The translations under genes and the position numbers were made by a program. Of a DNA stretch of 64,000 bases, positions 1-14,884 are shown one piece after another. The notes beneath the pieces are model-generated. The model was not told the DNA's origin, made no database searches, and was given only the letters and a program-made list of their open reading frames with translations. Position 1 is the first letter of the stretch. The number at the start of each line of letters is the position of its first letter. The stretch comes from Octopus vulgaris (lineage: Eukaryota): assembly GCA_951406725.2 (NCBI GenBank), contig OX597819.1:8990001-9054000 (forward strand), given 5' to 3'.

Positions 1-79
<79 letters not shown>

Positions 80-94
80 TTATTACATACTTAC

Positions 95-142
<48 letters not shown>

Positions 143-150
143 TATATATA
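1..150. repeat. (TA)n microsatellite
   Basis: Long TA run with minor interruptions. Confidence 0.95.
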
Positions 151-486
151 TAGATATATCATTTATTGGCTAAATCGAACAGGTATTGAACTACGAGCGT
201 GTGTATGAATCATAACTTCAAGTCTGCTGCAGATTTTTCGTTATCATTTTCAACAACATATGTAATTCATCTCGATGTTCCAGTCTATTTATTGTCTCTA
301 AGAAGAAACATGCTTACTCTCAAGGCGGACATTTGTCTCTCCTCTGCTTAACTGCACAAGAACCAGCATTAACCACCGGTCACATAGAACTCTATGATCC
401 GTGAAAAAAGTTGCTTCTGCACTCACACACACAACACACACACACACACAAATATCTATTTATCTATTTATCTGTCTTTCTATATA

Positions 487-541
<55 letters not shown>

Positions 542-637
542 TTGTATGTTCATAATTTAACCTTAGTGATTACATACTTATACATACCTCAACATATATG
601 CATACACATACACATACATATGAGTGAGTAGGTGTGA

Positions 638-855
638 CGGCGAGCTGGCAGAACCGTTAGCACGCCGGGCGAAATGCTTAGCGGTATTTCGTCTGCCATT
701 ACGTTGTGAGTTCAAATTCCGCCGAGGTCGACTTTGCCTTTCATCCTTTCGGAGTCGATAAGTTAAGTACCAGTTACGCACTGGGGTCGATGTAATCGAC
801 TTAATACCTATGTCTGTCCTTGTTTGTCCCCTCTGTGTTTAGCCCCTTGTGGGTA

Positions 856-857
<2 letters not shown>
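638..857 (+). mobile_element. tRNA-derived SINE with Nin/Deu-type central domain
   Basis: Head ggcgagctggcagaaccgttagc...gagttcaaattcc (A/B-box like), then gactttgcctttcatcctttcggagtcgataa, resembling the Nin/Deu domain. Near-identical copies at 16265, 34517 and 48049. Confidence 0.85.
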
Positions 858-886
<29 letters not shown>

Positions 887-1030
887 TGTATGTATGTATG
901 TATGTATGTATGTATGTATGTATGTATGTATGTATGTATGTATGTATGTATGTATGTATGTATGTATGTATGATGTGTGTGTGTATGTATGTATGTATGT
1001 ATGTATGTACGTACGTACGTATGTATGTAT
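858..1030. repeat. (TATG)n microsatellite
   Basis: Tandem tatg directly after the SINE 3' end. Confidence 0.95.
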
Positions 1031-1659
1031 TTTATCTTTTACTTGCTTCAACCCTTAACCTCTGGTCCTGATGTGGCACAACCCTAAAGGGTTTTGCCGA
1101 ATATATTTACCCCAGTACTGATTTTCTTTTTAATCCTGCTACTTATTATATCGCTCCTTTTTTTGCCGAACTGCTATGTTACGGGGATTTCAACAAACCA
1201 ACAACAGTTGTCAAGGGCTAGTGGGGAACAAATCCAAACACAAACACATACACAGATATATACAAATACACGCACACACACACACACAACACACACACAC
1301 ACACACACATATAGATATATATATAGAGAGAGAGATACATACACACATGCATATACGTCTACATATATATTTATATATGTATATATTTATATATACATAC
1401 ATACATATATACATACATGCATACATACGTACATACATACATATATACCTATATATATATATATATATATACATCATCCAAATGTAGTATTTGTATTATT
1501 TAATATTTCTGTCAGAAGAATTTCTAATAGGAAGTACCTTATATGTCTATCTAACATGTAAAACTCTGTAATTCCTATGAGCAAATGAAACATGTGTAAT
1601 GATGAATGAATGATATCAATAAATTTTCTAACTGCCCGTTTTGTTATGCATTTTTATAA

Positions 1660-1715
<56 letters not shown>

Positions 1716-2164
1716 AAACCATTCTTGTAGAAATTGATTACTTCTTAATTAATTAATTTTACCCTTTGTTATTATTGATAATAGAATTTTCTCCCTGATA
1801 ACAAACTACAGATTTTTTCTGTAGTATTTTACTTGACGACGCACGTGGATGGGCAGGGGAAGGTAAATGAACCTCATTCATATTTTGAATTCTGCGCTGC
1901 TAACACTGAACATGATCTGTCTGATACCGTTAGGTGGAGAGATATGTTCACTTATTCCAGTACCTTCGAATTTAATATTTCAATATTTAACATTGTTGGA
2001 GTACCATGCTGATGAGGAAAATGGTTGGTAAAGTATAATTCTATGTTCTTTATACCGACTCTGGGAGTCCCTTTTTAAAGTAGAAGAAATAGCTAAGGTT
2101 TTGGCTGCTATTTCTAAACTTCGGTATGTGGTATAGCAAATCTTCGCTGAACCTTAATTATAAA

Positions 2165-2211
<47 letters not shown>

Positions 2212-2489
2212 TATGTATGTATGTATACATTATTTACATATTGTGACATGTCGAAATGAACTCATCCTAAAACATTCATTTGGTTGATGGTGCCTTCAAA
2301 CCATGACCATCACATGAAACGTACGGACAATAGAATTATTAGATATTTCCGTATATTATGACATATGTTACATAACCCTCACGGGTGGGATACCTAGCAA
2401 CTGGTTTAGGAGTATCCTACGGTGCAAATGTGTCACTTCAGGTGATTACAAGTTGTATCCCGTTAAAATAACAACTGTTCCACAAGATA

Positions 2490-3734
2490 CGAAGGGCGTT
2501 CAATAAGTAATGCCCCTGACCCACTTGCAGTTGTTTGATCTAGCTGAGATTTTGCATGTGCAATTATTTATACCTCTATAGATAAAGTGGCGAATTACAG
2601 CTGGTTTCTGATTTACAGGTGTTTGAACTGAGTCAAGTGTGAAATGGAGCCTGTTGAGTGTCGAGCAGTGATCTGGTTTTTGTATTTGAAAGGACGCACA
2701 CCACGGGAGACTTTTGATGAAATGAAAGTAACTTATGGTGATGATGCCCCATCATATAACCTTGTAAAACGCTGGCATTGTGAATTCAAACATAGTCGGA
2801 ACTCTGTGGAAACAGCTCCCAGATCTGGTCGGCCCCCATTCTGCCGTTGATGAGACGTCTGTCCGTCAAGTTGAGGCTGCCATTTTGGAAGGTCAACGCA
2901 TAACTATTCGCCAAATAGCCCATAAGGTCAAGATTAGTACCGGGTCTGTGGAAACTATCATTCATGACCATTTGCATATGCAAAAGGTGTCTGCCAGATG
3001 GATTTCCAGGTTGCTCACACCTTTCCAGAAGCAAGAACGCGTCAAGTGCTCGAGGACGAATTTGGAGATGTGCCAAGAAGATGAGTCAAAATTTTTCAAA
3101 AGACTGATCACACAGGATAAAACCTGGGTCCATCACTATGATCCATAGACCAAAGCCCAGTCAATGTAGTGAAAGCACCGTGACTCACCCCCTCCAAAGA
3201 AGGCAAGGGTGCAGCCCTCCGCTGACAAGTTTCTGGGACCAGGACGGAGTAGTGATGACAGATTTCCAGGCAAAGGGTACCACAATTACAGGAGCCTATT
3301 ATGCTTCACTGTTGAGGAAATTAAGAGAAGCAATCAAAATCAAGAGGCGGGGCAAGATCAGCAAAGGCATCCTCCTCCTGCAGGACAACGCTCCGGTCCA
3401 CAACTCGCGTGTCGCCAGATCAGAAGCACAGGCGGGCAGCTATGAACTCCTCCCCTTGCACCCTCTGATTTTCACCTCTTCCCAGCCATGAAGATTTTTT
3501 TGAAAGGAAAGCGTTTCCCAGATGATGCAGCCTTGATTTCTGAAGTCACGTCGTGGTTGGAGGACCAAGCTGTGGTCTTCTACAAAAACGGTCTCCAGAG
3601 CTGTATCAAACGATGGGAGAAATGCATAACTCTGAATAGTTCTTATGTAGGAAAAGACTAATAACTGTGCCAAGTGTCGTTGCTCTACTGCTATGGGAAG
3701 TGGGTCAGGGGCATTACTTATTGAACGCCCCTCG
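2490..3734 (+). mobile_element. Mariner DNA transposon, irritans-like, full length, disrupted (copy 1)
   Basis: TIRs cgaagggcgttcaataagtaatgcccctgacccactt / aagtgggtcaggggcattacttattgaacgcccctcg; TA at 2488-2489 and 3735-3736; transposase motifs inside. Confidence 0.95.
2644..3661 (+). pseudogene. Mariner (DD34D-type) transposase pseudogene
   Basis: Fragments in different frames: MEPVECRAVIWFLYLKG..RSGRP (HTH), SARWISRLL (WVPHEL-like), ITQDKTWVHHYDP, LLQDNAPVH. Frameshifts, stops and small deletions relative to copy 2. Confidence 0.93.
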
Positions 3735-3848
3735 TATCTTCTCGGTTTGTGAATAGAAAAGCAGAGAATTAGAGTATACAGTTTTATTTTCATATAAGAT
3801 CAATAATAAGTAACACTTTATTTAAAAGCAGCAGAAATATAACAAACG

Positions 3849-3886
3849 CTGTTACTCTGAGTTTCACGTTCCCGTTCGTCGGACAG
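3849..3886 (-). ncRNA. Type I minimal hammerhead ribozyme-like motif (CCGACGA core) in a PLE-like tail
   Basis: Minus strand: ctgt-ccgacga-acg-ggaa-cgt-gaaa-ctc-a-gag-ta-acag, giving stem I ctgt/acag, stem II with GGAA loop, quasi-palindromic stem III and a GUA site. Followed by aataaa and adjacent to (TA)n. Confidence 0.7.
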
Positions 3887-3892
3887 TTTTGT

Positions 3893-3977
<85 letters not shown>

Positions 3978-4004
3978 ATTTGTGTTCTCTTCTGTTTTAA
4001 TTAT

Positions 4005-4525
4005 TTAAATTCTTTCTCTGGGGAAGTAGGCTGGTTCCTAACAAAGATACAAAGCTCCATCATCGGGATGTAGATAAGTAACATAATGTCACGTTTTAAA
4101 CTTCAGAAACGTCTTGCATGCATTCCTGTTCTACTTACAGATTGTGTTTGTGATATTCAGCGTGACACAGACAGTGACAAGGCCGGCCCTTTGAAATACA
4201 GGTACAACAGAAACAGGAAGTAAGAGTGAGAGAAAGTTGTGGTGAAAGAGTACAGCAGGGATCACCACCATCCCCTGCCGGAGCCTCGTGGAGCTTTTAG
4301 GTGTTTTCGCTCAATAAACACTCACAACGCCCGGTCTGGGAATCGAAACCGCAATCCTACAACCGCGAGTCCGCTGCCCTAACCACTGGGCCATTGCGCC
4401 TCTACCCTGATTATTTTTAGTATAAATGTAAATATATAACCTGAATATAAAAGCTGGAGGCTTCGAAGCAATTGTCCATGGTTTTCCTTTTTCTCTTTGC
4501 TTTTCAAAGAGATATTCTCGGGGCA
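4005..4525 (-). mobile_element. R4/Dong-like (RLE) LINE 3' remnant interrupted by a SINE
   Basis: 4005-4150 and 4405-4525 align by eye with 33270-33620; minus strand reads ENISLKSKEKKENHGQLLRSLQLLYSGY. Confidence 0.65.
4152..4401 (-). mobile_element. tRNA-derived SINE (head gaggcgcaatggcccagtggttagggc), 3'-truncated
   Basis: Near-identical to 11393-11777 and 59403-59786. Confidence 0.88.
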
Positions 4526-4540
4526 AGGGTGCACACATAA

Positions 4541-4745
4541 TGTGACCTCGTGTGTACCGTTGGCGATTTTTTTCCTCTGTCTTCCCTTCTCTGGATCTTT
4601 CCTTCTTCTATGTTTCCGACGAAGAGCTCCGCTCGAAACGTTAAACCCTCCTTCTTCCCTTCTTTCCTGAGCGTCCAATAATACTATATTTGTTCCACGT
4701 CCTCGCGTTGTTGTGTTTTTTGTGCTTTCTTGTTTGGATTAACTA
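4541..4745 (+). mobile_element. Short non-autonomous PLE-type or retrozyme-like repeat with hammerhead motif (copy 1 of 3)
   Basis: About 205 bp, repeated at 50316-50521 and 56760-56965. Each copy ends in ggattaact followed by TA-rich sequence. Hammerhead motif at 4612-4646. Confidence 0.75.
4612..4646 (+). ncRNA. Type I minimal hammerhead-like motif (CCGACGA core)
   Basis: gttt-ccgacga-a-gagc-tcc-gctc-gaaa-cg-tt-aaac: stem I gttt/aaac, stem II gagc/gctc, palindromic aacgtt stem III. Confidence 0.65.
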
Positions 4746-4772
4746 TGTATATATATATATATATATATATAT

Positions 4773-4971
4773 AAGAAGGGTGCTGAAAATTTTCTCGCTT
4801 TAGGGTATGGAAGGCCCAACCTTCCGATTTCTTTTACGGGGCTTAGAAAAACTAATGGACTGCTGCAATAAGTATATGAATCTGAGAGTGGAATATGTTC
4901 AATATAATCACAATTAACTGATACTTTTGCATTTCTTTTTACCCAAAGCCATGATTTTTCAAACTCTCTTA
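4773..4971 (+). mobile_element. Degenerate internally deleted mariner (MITE-like)
   Basis: Imperfect TIRs (agggtgctgaaaattttctcgcttt / aaagccatgatttttcaaactct) around a remnant translating as [21 protein letters not shown], resembling a mariner C-terminus. Confidence 0.55.
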
Positions 4972-5300
<329 letters not shown>

Positions 5301-5510
5301 AAAGTCTGGTGCTGTGAGAACACACAGCAATAGCGTTTCCTTACTTTTTCAAATATACCCAAATTTAAAACGATGTTATACAACGATATCATTCATTCGG
5401 CATGTGTTGATATATGCCAAAGCACTTAAATTCCACACAAATATATGTTACTTTACGTATAATTTATGTATTAATTCTAGTTACTGAAACTTGCAAAAAG
5501 CATATTTTAT

Positions 5511-6480
5511 TCTAAAGTGTCTCCTTGTAGACACAATTGTCAGTAATCATACTGTTTCCATTTCTCTCAGCCAATGTTTTTACATTAGCCTTATTTCAAG
5601 CACTAGATAATGCAACATACAGCTGACCATGTGAGAAGAATTGTGTCGGAAGATATATTGCAATTTGTTCAAAAGCCTGTCCCTGTGCCCTGGTGCACGT
5701 CAAAGTAAAAAGCTGGCTTGACAGGAAATTATTTGCCTGTAAATGGAAATGGAAATTCCATTTCTTGAGATACATGTGGTTTTGCAGAGTTGGTCCTGTA
5801 TAAGGAGCAGAAGCAACCTCAGCCTCAATAACAAGATCATGTAAACTGATAATGGTGTAGTGTGTGTCATTGCAATGTCCTCTAAATTTCTCGGAAGCAT
5901 TATCATTATGCATCGTTTTGTCTTCAGTTTGAGAATGTGTGGTGGAAACTCTGATGGTTTCTGAAGCTTGTTGATGAACTCGATTGGGTACAGAGTTTTA
6001 TTATCAGCTGTATCTGAGCTTCTGTATATTTTTAGTTCACCAGGGATCCTGGTCAACAGAAAATCATCCACAAATTGTGCTGCTGCATTTGTTGGAGTAA
6101 CGATGCTTCTATTTGCAAGCCACACAGTGTTTGTAAATTTATTTTTGAAGTCAGCATATACAAAATCACATAGATCTAAAAGAGCACCACTTTCAAGGTA
6201 AGGGTCATTGGGTAGTTTGATTTTGAATTCACCTGTTGCCATTTCCTACATCAAGAAGGTAATTAGCAAACTCTCTTTCTGTAAGAAGTCTTAGACTGGC
6301 TGTCAACTCCGCTACTTCCACATGATCGCTAAGAAAAGATCTCTTTAGTGTTGCATCAACAATTTGTGATCTGACACCCTTATTTTGAAGTAGAATATTC
6401 TCCTCTCGGGGTACTCTAACCAATCGGTCATGTGTAGCGGAAACAGAATCATGTCTACGTCTCCGTACATATTCAGACAT
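5511..6480 (-). pseudogene. Helitron Rep/Hel PIF1-like helicase C-terminal region, decayed
   Basis: FANYLLDVGNG, NRSIVTPTNAAA, LYPIEFINKL..PPHILKLK and AQGQAFEQIAIYLPTQFFSHGQLYVALS are Helitron PIF1 helicase motifs; several frameshifts. Confidence 0.9.
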
Positions 6481-6704
6481 CTGTTTCAGTCGCTTTGCCC
6501 TGGATTCATCTGATTCAGTTGCCCATCTTTCTCTCTGCCCTTGTTATTTGCTGCTAAATTTTCTCTTTCAGTCGCATATATAAATGAAAGCTCGTTAAAA
6601 AACTACCTTGTTTAGCGTACTAGAAATAGCAGCGATCACATAGTTATTATTATAAGGCTTATACCGTTCCAAGTAGTCATACCAACAAAATACTTCTTCA
6701 TTGA

Positions 6705-7045
6705 CAAAAAAATTATACCCTTATATCAAAGAATTTTCATTTTATCAAAAATATTCATTTAACAAACTCTGGAAACTGATAATATTCTTGAAATTGTGCC
6801 TCGTATCAAAGTTATACAGCTATTTTGTGTAAACATGAAATTAAAAAAAATCGTATAAGTGAAAGCTCGTTAAAGTTATACAGCTATTTTTTGTAATAGC
6901 ATGCATTCATTCAACACAAAATCACTTAAAAATTATACCTGTATATTAAAAAATTTTCATTTTATCAAAAACATTCATTTACAATCTCTGGAAACTGATA
7001 ATATTCCTGAAATTGTGTTTCACATCAAAGTTATATAACTATTAT
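6705..7045 (+). repeat. Diverged ~120 bp direct repeat pair (period ~220 bp) next to the Helitron remnant
   Basis: aaaattatacc...ctctggaaactgataatattc.tgaaattgtg...atcaaagttata at ~6710-6827 and ~6928-7045. Confidence 0.75.
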
Positions 7046-7902
7046 TAAATTATCTTTAATGAAAATAGAAGCGAGCGAGAATGAGAGACTGTTGCAAATA
7101 AAAACGTAAAATGTTGCCCGCAACGAATAAATTATGTTTATTATTAAACTTGAAAATCTACCCCGCAGTGAATGCAATGAATATTTAAACTTGTGAAGAA
7201 TTGGACGCAGTGAACACAATGAATATTTAAATTTGCAAGAATTTAGAGTTAAAAAAATAATTCAATAAACTTCAGAAATCGAAATTATTGGAAATTTCTT
7301 AGAACATGAATTTATAAAAATATTTCCAGATGGTCAACTCTTTAATAATCGCTTTCTTTTAGTAGTTTTAGCAATTGTTACATACCTAATTAATAAGCAG
7401 CTTTCTCCATTATAGTATGTATGTATGTATGTATGTATGTATGTATGTATGTATGTATGTATGTATGTATGTATGTATGTGTGAAACCACCTCTTAGCTA
7501 CTATTGCTTTCAGGTCTATGGAGCAGTAGCACGTGTCAGGGTCCCAGTTGTGGATTAATTAGCATATTAGCGCTTCCCTACCCATGCATTTAACACCTGG
7601 ATCCAGAGGACTGTGCTGGAGAAACCTTCATTATTCAACGGAGGGAAAGTAGGCTGTAGCAACTTAGTGGGGAATGTAGAGAGCAAGATGGACAAGTGCC
7701 TTCTTCTATAGCTTAGAACCGACCAAAGCTTTGTAAGTGGATATGGTAGACGGAAATTGAAAGAAGACCGTCGTATATATGTATGCGCGCGCGCTTGTGT
7801 TCTTTGTGCTTATGTTTGTCCACCAACACCGCTTGACAACCGGTGTAGGTGTGTTTATTTCCCTGTAATCTAGCGGTTCGGCAAAAGAGAACCGATAGAA
7901 TA

Positions 7903-9195
7903 CGAGGGACGTTCAATAAGTAATGCCCCTGGCCCACTTGCATTTGTTTGGTCTAGCTGAAATTTTGCATGTGCAATTATTTTCTATCTCTATAGATTAC
8001 GTAGCAAATTACAGCTCTGAACTAATTGTAGTTTCTGATTTACAGGTGTTTGAACTGAGTCAAGTGTGAAATGGATCCTGTTGAGTGTCGAGCAGTGATC
8101 CGGTTTTTGTATTTGAAAGGACGCACACCACAGGAGACTTTTGATTAAATGAAAGTAACTTATGGTGATGATGCCCTATCATAGGACCTTGTAAAACGCT
8201 GGCATCGTGAATTCAAACATGGTCGGAACTCTGTGGAAACAGCTCCCAGATCTGGTCGGCCCCCTTTCTGCCATTGATGAGGCATCTATCCGTCAAGTTT
8301 AGGCTGCCATTTTGGAAGATCGACGCATAACTATTCGCCAAATAGCCCATGAGGTCAAGATTAGTACCGGGTCTGTGGAAACTATCATTCATGACCATTT
8401 GCATATGCAAAAGGTGTCTGCCAGATGGATTTCCCAGGTTGCTCACACCTTTCCAGAAACAAGAACGCGTCAAGTGCTCGAGGACGAATCTGGAGATGTG
8501 CCAAGAAGATGAGTCAAAATTTTTCAAAAGACATTACACAGTATGAAACCTGGATCCATCACTATGATTCAGAGACCAAAGCCCAGTCAATGCAGTGGAA
8601 GCACCGTGACTCACCTCCTCCAAAGAAGGCAAGGGTGCAGCCCTCCGCTGGCAAGGTCATGCTCACAGTCTTCTGGGACCAGGACGGAGTAGTGATGACA
8701 GATTTCCTGGCAAAGGGTACAGCAATTACAGGGGCCTATTATGCTTCACTGTTGAGGAAATTAAGAGAAGCTATCAAAATCAAGAGATGGGGCAAGATCA
8801 GCAAAGGCATCCTCCTCCTGCAGGACAACGCTCCGGTCCACAACTCGCGTGTCACCGGATCAGAAGCACAGGCGTGCGCCTATGAACTCCTCCCCCATCC
8901 CCCTACTCTCCTGACCTTGCACCCTCTGATTTTCACCTCTTCCCAGCCATGAAGTTGTTTTTCAAAGGAAAGCGTTTCCCAGATGATGCAGCCTTGATTT
9001 CTGAAGTCACGTCGTGGTTGAAGGACCAAGCTGGGGTCTTCTACAAAAACGGTCTCCAGAGCTGCATCAAACGACGGGAGAAATGCGTAACTCTGGGTGG
9101 TTCCTATGTAGAAAAGGACTAATAACTGTGCCAAGTTTCGTTGCTCTACTGCTATGGGAAGTGGGTCAGGGGCATTACTTATTGAACGCCCCTCG
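7903..9195 (+). mobile_element. Mariner DNA transposon, irritans-like, full length, disrupted (copy 2)
   Basis: Same TIRs as copy 1; TA at 7901-7902 and 9196-9197. Confidence 0.95.
8071..9122 (+). pseudogene. Mariner transposase pseudogene
   Basis: QYETWIHHYD, AGKVMLTVFWD, LLQDNAPVH, and frameshifted YSPDLAPSDFHLF; in-frame stops near 8146 and 8182. Confidence 0.93.
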
Positions 9196-10280
9196 TAAGT
9201 ACCAGGCTTTGAGTAAAAATTCTTCAAGGAAGTCCCCAGAATGACTCAAGTCTAATCACTGACACCAGTAAAGGCTAAAAGAAATTGCGTAAATCTATCT
9301 CTACGTAATTATTTTACAACTTAGAGTCACTCAAATTTAATTTAACTAGTTGTTCTTATTCAAAATTGTCAATTGATGTCATTAATAAATAAGCAAACTA
9401 TAGCAGCACATCGTGTAATAATAGAGTTAGTGCTAATCTTTATTTATTATGCTTTTCTTTGAACGACGATTGCTTAACAGACCGAGAAAAAATAACGCAT
9501 GCGCATCAGCCATTCTCGTCCTTGAGGAGGTGAACGCATAAAAACGAGTCTACAGCATCTTTACATCTGAACACCTGCATTTACCTGTAGCTTATAAATT
9601 ATTCCTTGTATAGTAAGCCGTATCACCGATATTTCCATGAATTAAAAATGCATTTCGTTTGTAGCAAAGCTTGTGGTCTTGTTTTATTTATTCGTTAGAG
9701 TCCTTAACTTAGATTAATAAACTTGGTTGAAAAGGTTTTATTTTCTGATAACGAATCGTTGGCAGTAAAAAAAATTTTTTTTTTTGTTCTTTCTTGAATG
9801 TTTTACTAATTTTCGTATTTTTTTTTTCTTATCCTCGTTACCAATGTTGTTTTGCTTGTTTTACATACGACTAAGTGTTTTTTTGTGTAAAAATTCATGA
9901 GGTTTCCGTTTTTGTTGTTGTACCTATTGCTGTTATTGCTGTTGTTGTTGTTGTTACTCTCCTTGTTACTAAGCAGTTTCGTTATTTTTTGCTTCTTTAA
10001 TTATACACTACGTTCGATTACGTATGTAATTAACCATTCTAGTTGGAAACTTTTATTCACACACAGACACGCACGGCTATATGTGTGTGCGCGTACGTGC
10101 ATGCATGTGTGTGTGTGTGAGCGTGTGTGTATGTATGTGGTGTGTTTTTATTTATGGATTAACAAGGCTACCATTGGTTTCATGCTGAGAATTCTCAGCA
10201 ATTATCAAGCCTGCTACGTGGGTTGCTACTTGCCTCCATCATGGATACGAATACAACGAAGCTACATGAAACTTGGATAA

Positions 10281-10345
<65 letters not shown>

Positions 10346-10962
10346 TGCTTAAAGGCGGTGCTCCAGCATGGCCGCAGTCAAATGACTGAAACAAGTAAAA
10401 GGGTAAAAGAGTAAAGAGTAACTAAGCATCATCCATATGCAAACACCAAACGCAAACTGATACCATGGTCATGAACAAAGATCTCAAAAGTATTTGCCGA
10501 TGGTTATACATCAATTTTGTCTTCAACAGCGAAAAACACAAACGCTATTCATATCAAGAATATATCATCGAACCACACACCCCTGAAGCATGACTGTCGC
10601 CAAACTAGCATCTGGTAGGGTTATACAACGAGGTTCAAAAGTTGAACTTCTAACTCATAATCTATGATTCTAATCTATCAAATCTAAACCGGATCAAACA
10701 TCTCTATATATCTCAATATGAATATAAGTGTCAAAAACAAAAAAACAAGAGACAGAGAAACCCAAGAATAAGAGACCTCAAATATACAATGAATCGTCAA
10801 TAGAATTTTAATTATTTAAAATTTAACGATGTCTCCCAGCCGTTTTATTATTTTTTTTCGGGATAAGTAATTTAAACAGAGATTATCCCCGTAACTAAAA
10901 GTATAATTTAAATTTCTTGGTTTTGCCCATGGAGAAAACTTGTCTCAAATCTGGGGGAATCG

Positions 10963-11157
10963 TCAGCATGCTGGCAAAATGCTTAGCGACATTTCGTCCG
11001 TCTTTATGTTCTGAGTTCAAATTCTACCGAGGTGGAATTTGCCATTCGTCCTTTCAGGGCTGATAAAATAAGTACCAGTTGAATACTGGAGTCTATGTAA
11101 TTGACTTACCATCCACACCCGCGAAATCACTGACCTTGTGCCAAAATTTGAAACCAA
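10963..11157 (+). mobile_element. Nin/Deu-type SINE, diverged
   Basis: gagttcaaattctaccgaggtggaatttgccattcgtcctttcagggctgataaaataagtacc. Confidence 0.7.
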
Positions 11158-11392
11158 TATTTCATACAGCAGGCATACTAGCATATTTCATTTACGTTGC
11201 TTGAGTTTTTAAGTTCATTCTGTGTTCCTTCGCAGGAAACCTATATATCTCCAGTAATTCTAAGATCTTACCGTAAGCTTTGAATATCTTTCGTTAATGT
11301 GCTATAATAAGAACGGATCCCCGTGAAAGCAAAATTCACCACAGCACATCATATTTAATCAATTGTCTTCCCCGTTATGTATAAATATGTAG

Positions 11393-11777
11393 TGGAAGCA
11401 CTCCATCGATTACGACGACGAGGGTTCCGGTTGATCCGAATCAACGGAACAGCCTGCTCGTGAAATTAACGTGTAAGTGGCTGAGCACTCCACAGACACG
11501 TGTACCCTTAACGTAGTTCTCGGGGATATTCAGCGTGACACAGAGAGTGACAAGGCCGGCCCTTTGAAATACAGGTACAACAGAAACAGGAAGTAAGAGT
11601 GAGAGAAAGTTGCGGTGAAAGAGTACAGCAGGGATCACCACCATCCCCTGCCGGAGCCTCGTGGAGCTTTAAGGTGTTTTCGCTCAATAAACACTCACAA
11701 CGCCCGGTCTGGGAATCGAAACCAGGATTCTACAACCGCGAGTCCGCTGCCCTAACCACTGGGCCATTGTGCCTCCA
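11393..11777 (-). mobile_element. tRNA-derived SINE, full length, with TSD
   Basis: tRNA-like head on the minus strand; 13 bp TSD tatgtataaatat at 11376-11388 and 11780-11792. Confidence 0.92.
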
Positions 11778-11991
11778 CATATGTATAAATATATGGCGGG
11801 GGGTCAATAAAATAAAAGTACCAACCAAGCACTGGGTCGATTTAACCAATTGGCCCCAACCTCCGAATTCCTGTCCTTGGGTCCAGCTTGGAAAATATTT
11901 TCTCGCATTCAATTTGTGGGAACCACCACTCTTCATGCAATCTGTCTTTCTAATGGTCCTTTTTTCAAAATTCCTTTGGAAAATAAAAGGT

Positions 11992-12265
<274 letters not shown>

Positions 12266-12266
12266 A

Positions 12267-12470
12267 GGTGGCGAGCTGACAGAATCGTTAGCACGCTGGA
12301 CGAAATACTTTGCGTTATTTCGCCCGTCGCTACGTTCTATGTTCAAATTCCGCCGAGGTCGATTTTGTGTTTCATCCTTTCGGGGTCGATAAATTAGGAA
12401 CCACTGAAACATGTAATCGACTAGTCTCCTCCCGCAAAATTTCATGGTCTTGTACCTTCAGTAGAAAAGA
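12267..12470 (+). mobile_element. Nin/Deu-type SINE
   Basis: ggtggcgagctgacagaatcgttagc...ttcatcctttcggggtcgataaa. Confidence 0.75.
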
Positions 12471-12488
12471 TTATTATTATTTTTATTA

Positions 12489-12547
<59 letters not shown>

Positions 12548-13094
12548 GAATGAGAGAGCAGTGCATGTCATCAAAGTGACACTGGGGTAAAATATACGAA
12601 GCCCAATATACCCATCATGACTACCCGTCTGATAAGGGTACACCAGGCACATGCATCACTACCATATGTGCGCGACATGGTGATCTCATATCAAGATAAA
12701 CAGCGCATGACCTTGCAGGTGGGGCCCAGTTAGAATTTTCTTCAGGTCGAGTAACACATCCCGCTCAAAAGGTCCCTGAATAAGGTTTGTTTAAGGATGT
12801 TGAACGAAACACCCATGTTTCCAGAGGTGCATTATTCGAACTCCAAAGAATTCCACTCAGCACATGGTTATGATGCTCCCCCACTAATTCTGGTCGTGAT
12901 CAGAAATGCACATATCGTCAGCTACTGGGGGACATACTCGACTGGTTAGGGTCAAACATCTGACAAGCAAATCTGTGGTATTGAGCAGAATATTTGCTGT
13001 AGCCCATCTTTTATACCAAAACAAAACAATATACATGTTCCGATCTGTTAAGATCAGAAGTCATGAGAGCAACTGCCTGGTACTACGTCAGGGC
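12548..13094. mobile_element. Unclassified ~550 bp interspersed repeat embedded in (ATT)n
   Basis: Reverse complement of 39833-40387, 41184-41650 and 41695-42245; (ATT)n on both flanks. Confidence 0.85.
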
Positions 13095-14114
<1,020 letters not shown>

Positions 14115-14670
14115 AAGGAGGTTCGGATTACATGCTTAGCAGCATTTCTTCAGATTCCTTCAATTTTTCGGGGGTTCGATAAAATAAAGTAAAGTACCAG
14201 TGAAGTACTGAAGTCGATGTAATTGACTTGCCCTCTCTCCCCTCAAAGATGCTGGCCTTGTGCCAAAATTAGAATGAATTATAATAGTTGTTGTTGCTGT
14301 TGTTGGTGGGTGGGGGGTGGGGGTGGGGGTGGGGCGTCGTCGTCGTTGTTGTCGTCATCGTGTTTCCGAAATCAGAAAAAAAAAAAATTCTGCTCAGTAG
14401 GTCGACATATTGCCGTAGTATTCCGTTTTTACCTCTTGGCATCAGTAACAAAACTGAAAAAATGTTCCAACTTGACTCTGAAATAAGATTCACCGTGTCA
14501 ATGCTGTCATGACAACAGACACACAGACACACACGCACACACACGCACACACACACACACACACAAATCTCTATATTTCCAATATCTCTCTTTCGTTCAC
14601 TCTCTGTCTACGCGTCTCCTTCTCTCTCTCGCTCTCTCTCTCTCGCTCGCTCGCTCTCTCTCTCTCTCTG

Positions 14671-14754
<84 letters not shown>

Positions 14755-14770
14755 CATACGTATATATAGT

Positions 14771-14828
<58 letters not shown>

Positions 14829-14846
14829 ACTATATATATATGTATG

Positions 14847-14884
<38 letters not shown>

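Larger units (their letters stand above)
7712..9232 (+). mobile_element. CORE-type SINE remnant split by mariner copy 2
   Basis: 7712-7902 matches the SINE body up to gaaccgatagaaTA and resumes as TAagtaccaggc at 9196; an intact copy reads gaaccgatagaataagtactgggc (~24723-24746). Confidence 0.85.

Noticed and set aside
820-1561. ORFs of [12 protein letters not shown] repeats here and at 21-23 kb, 27.7-29 kb, 31-32 kb, 38 kb and 45 kb
   Set aside because: Stop-free frames of (TATG)n, (TA)n and (CA)n microsatellites; no coding signal.
1950-2030. accttcgaa...ctgatgagg as another permuted hammerhead
   Set aside because: GAAA is broken and I could not build stems I and III.
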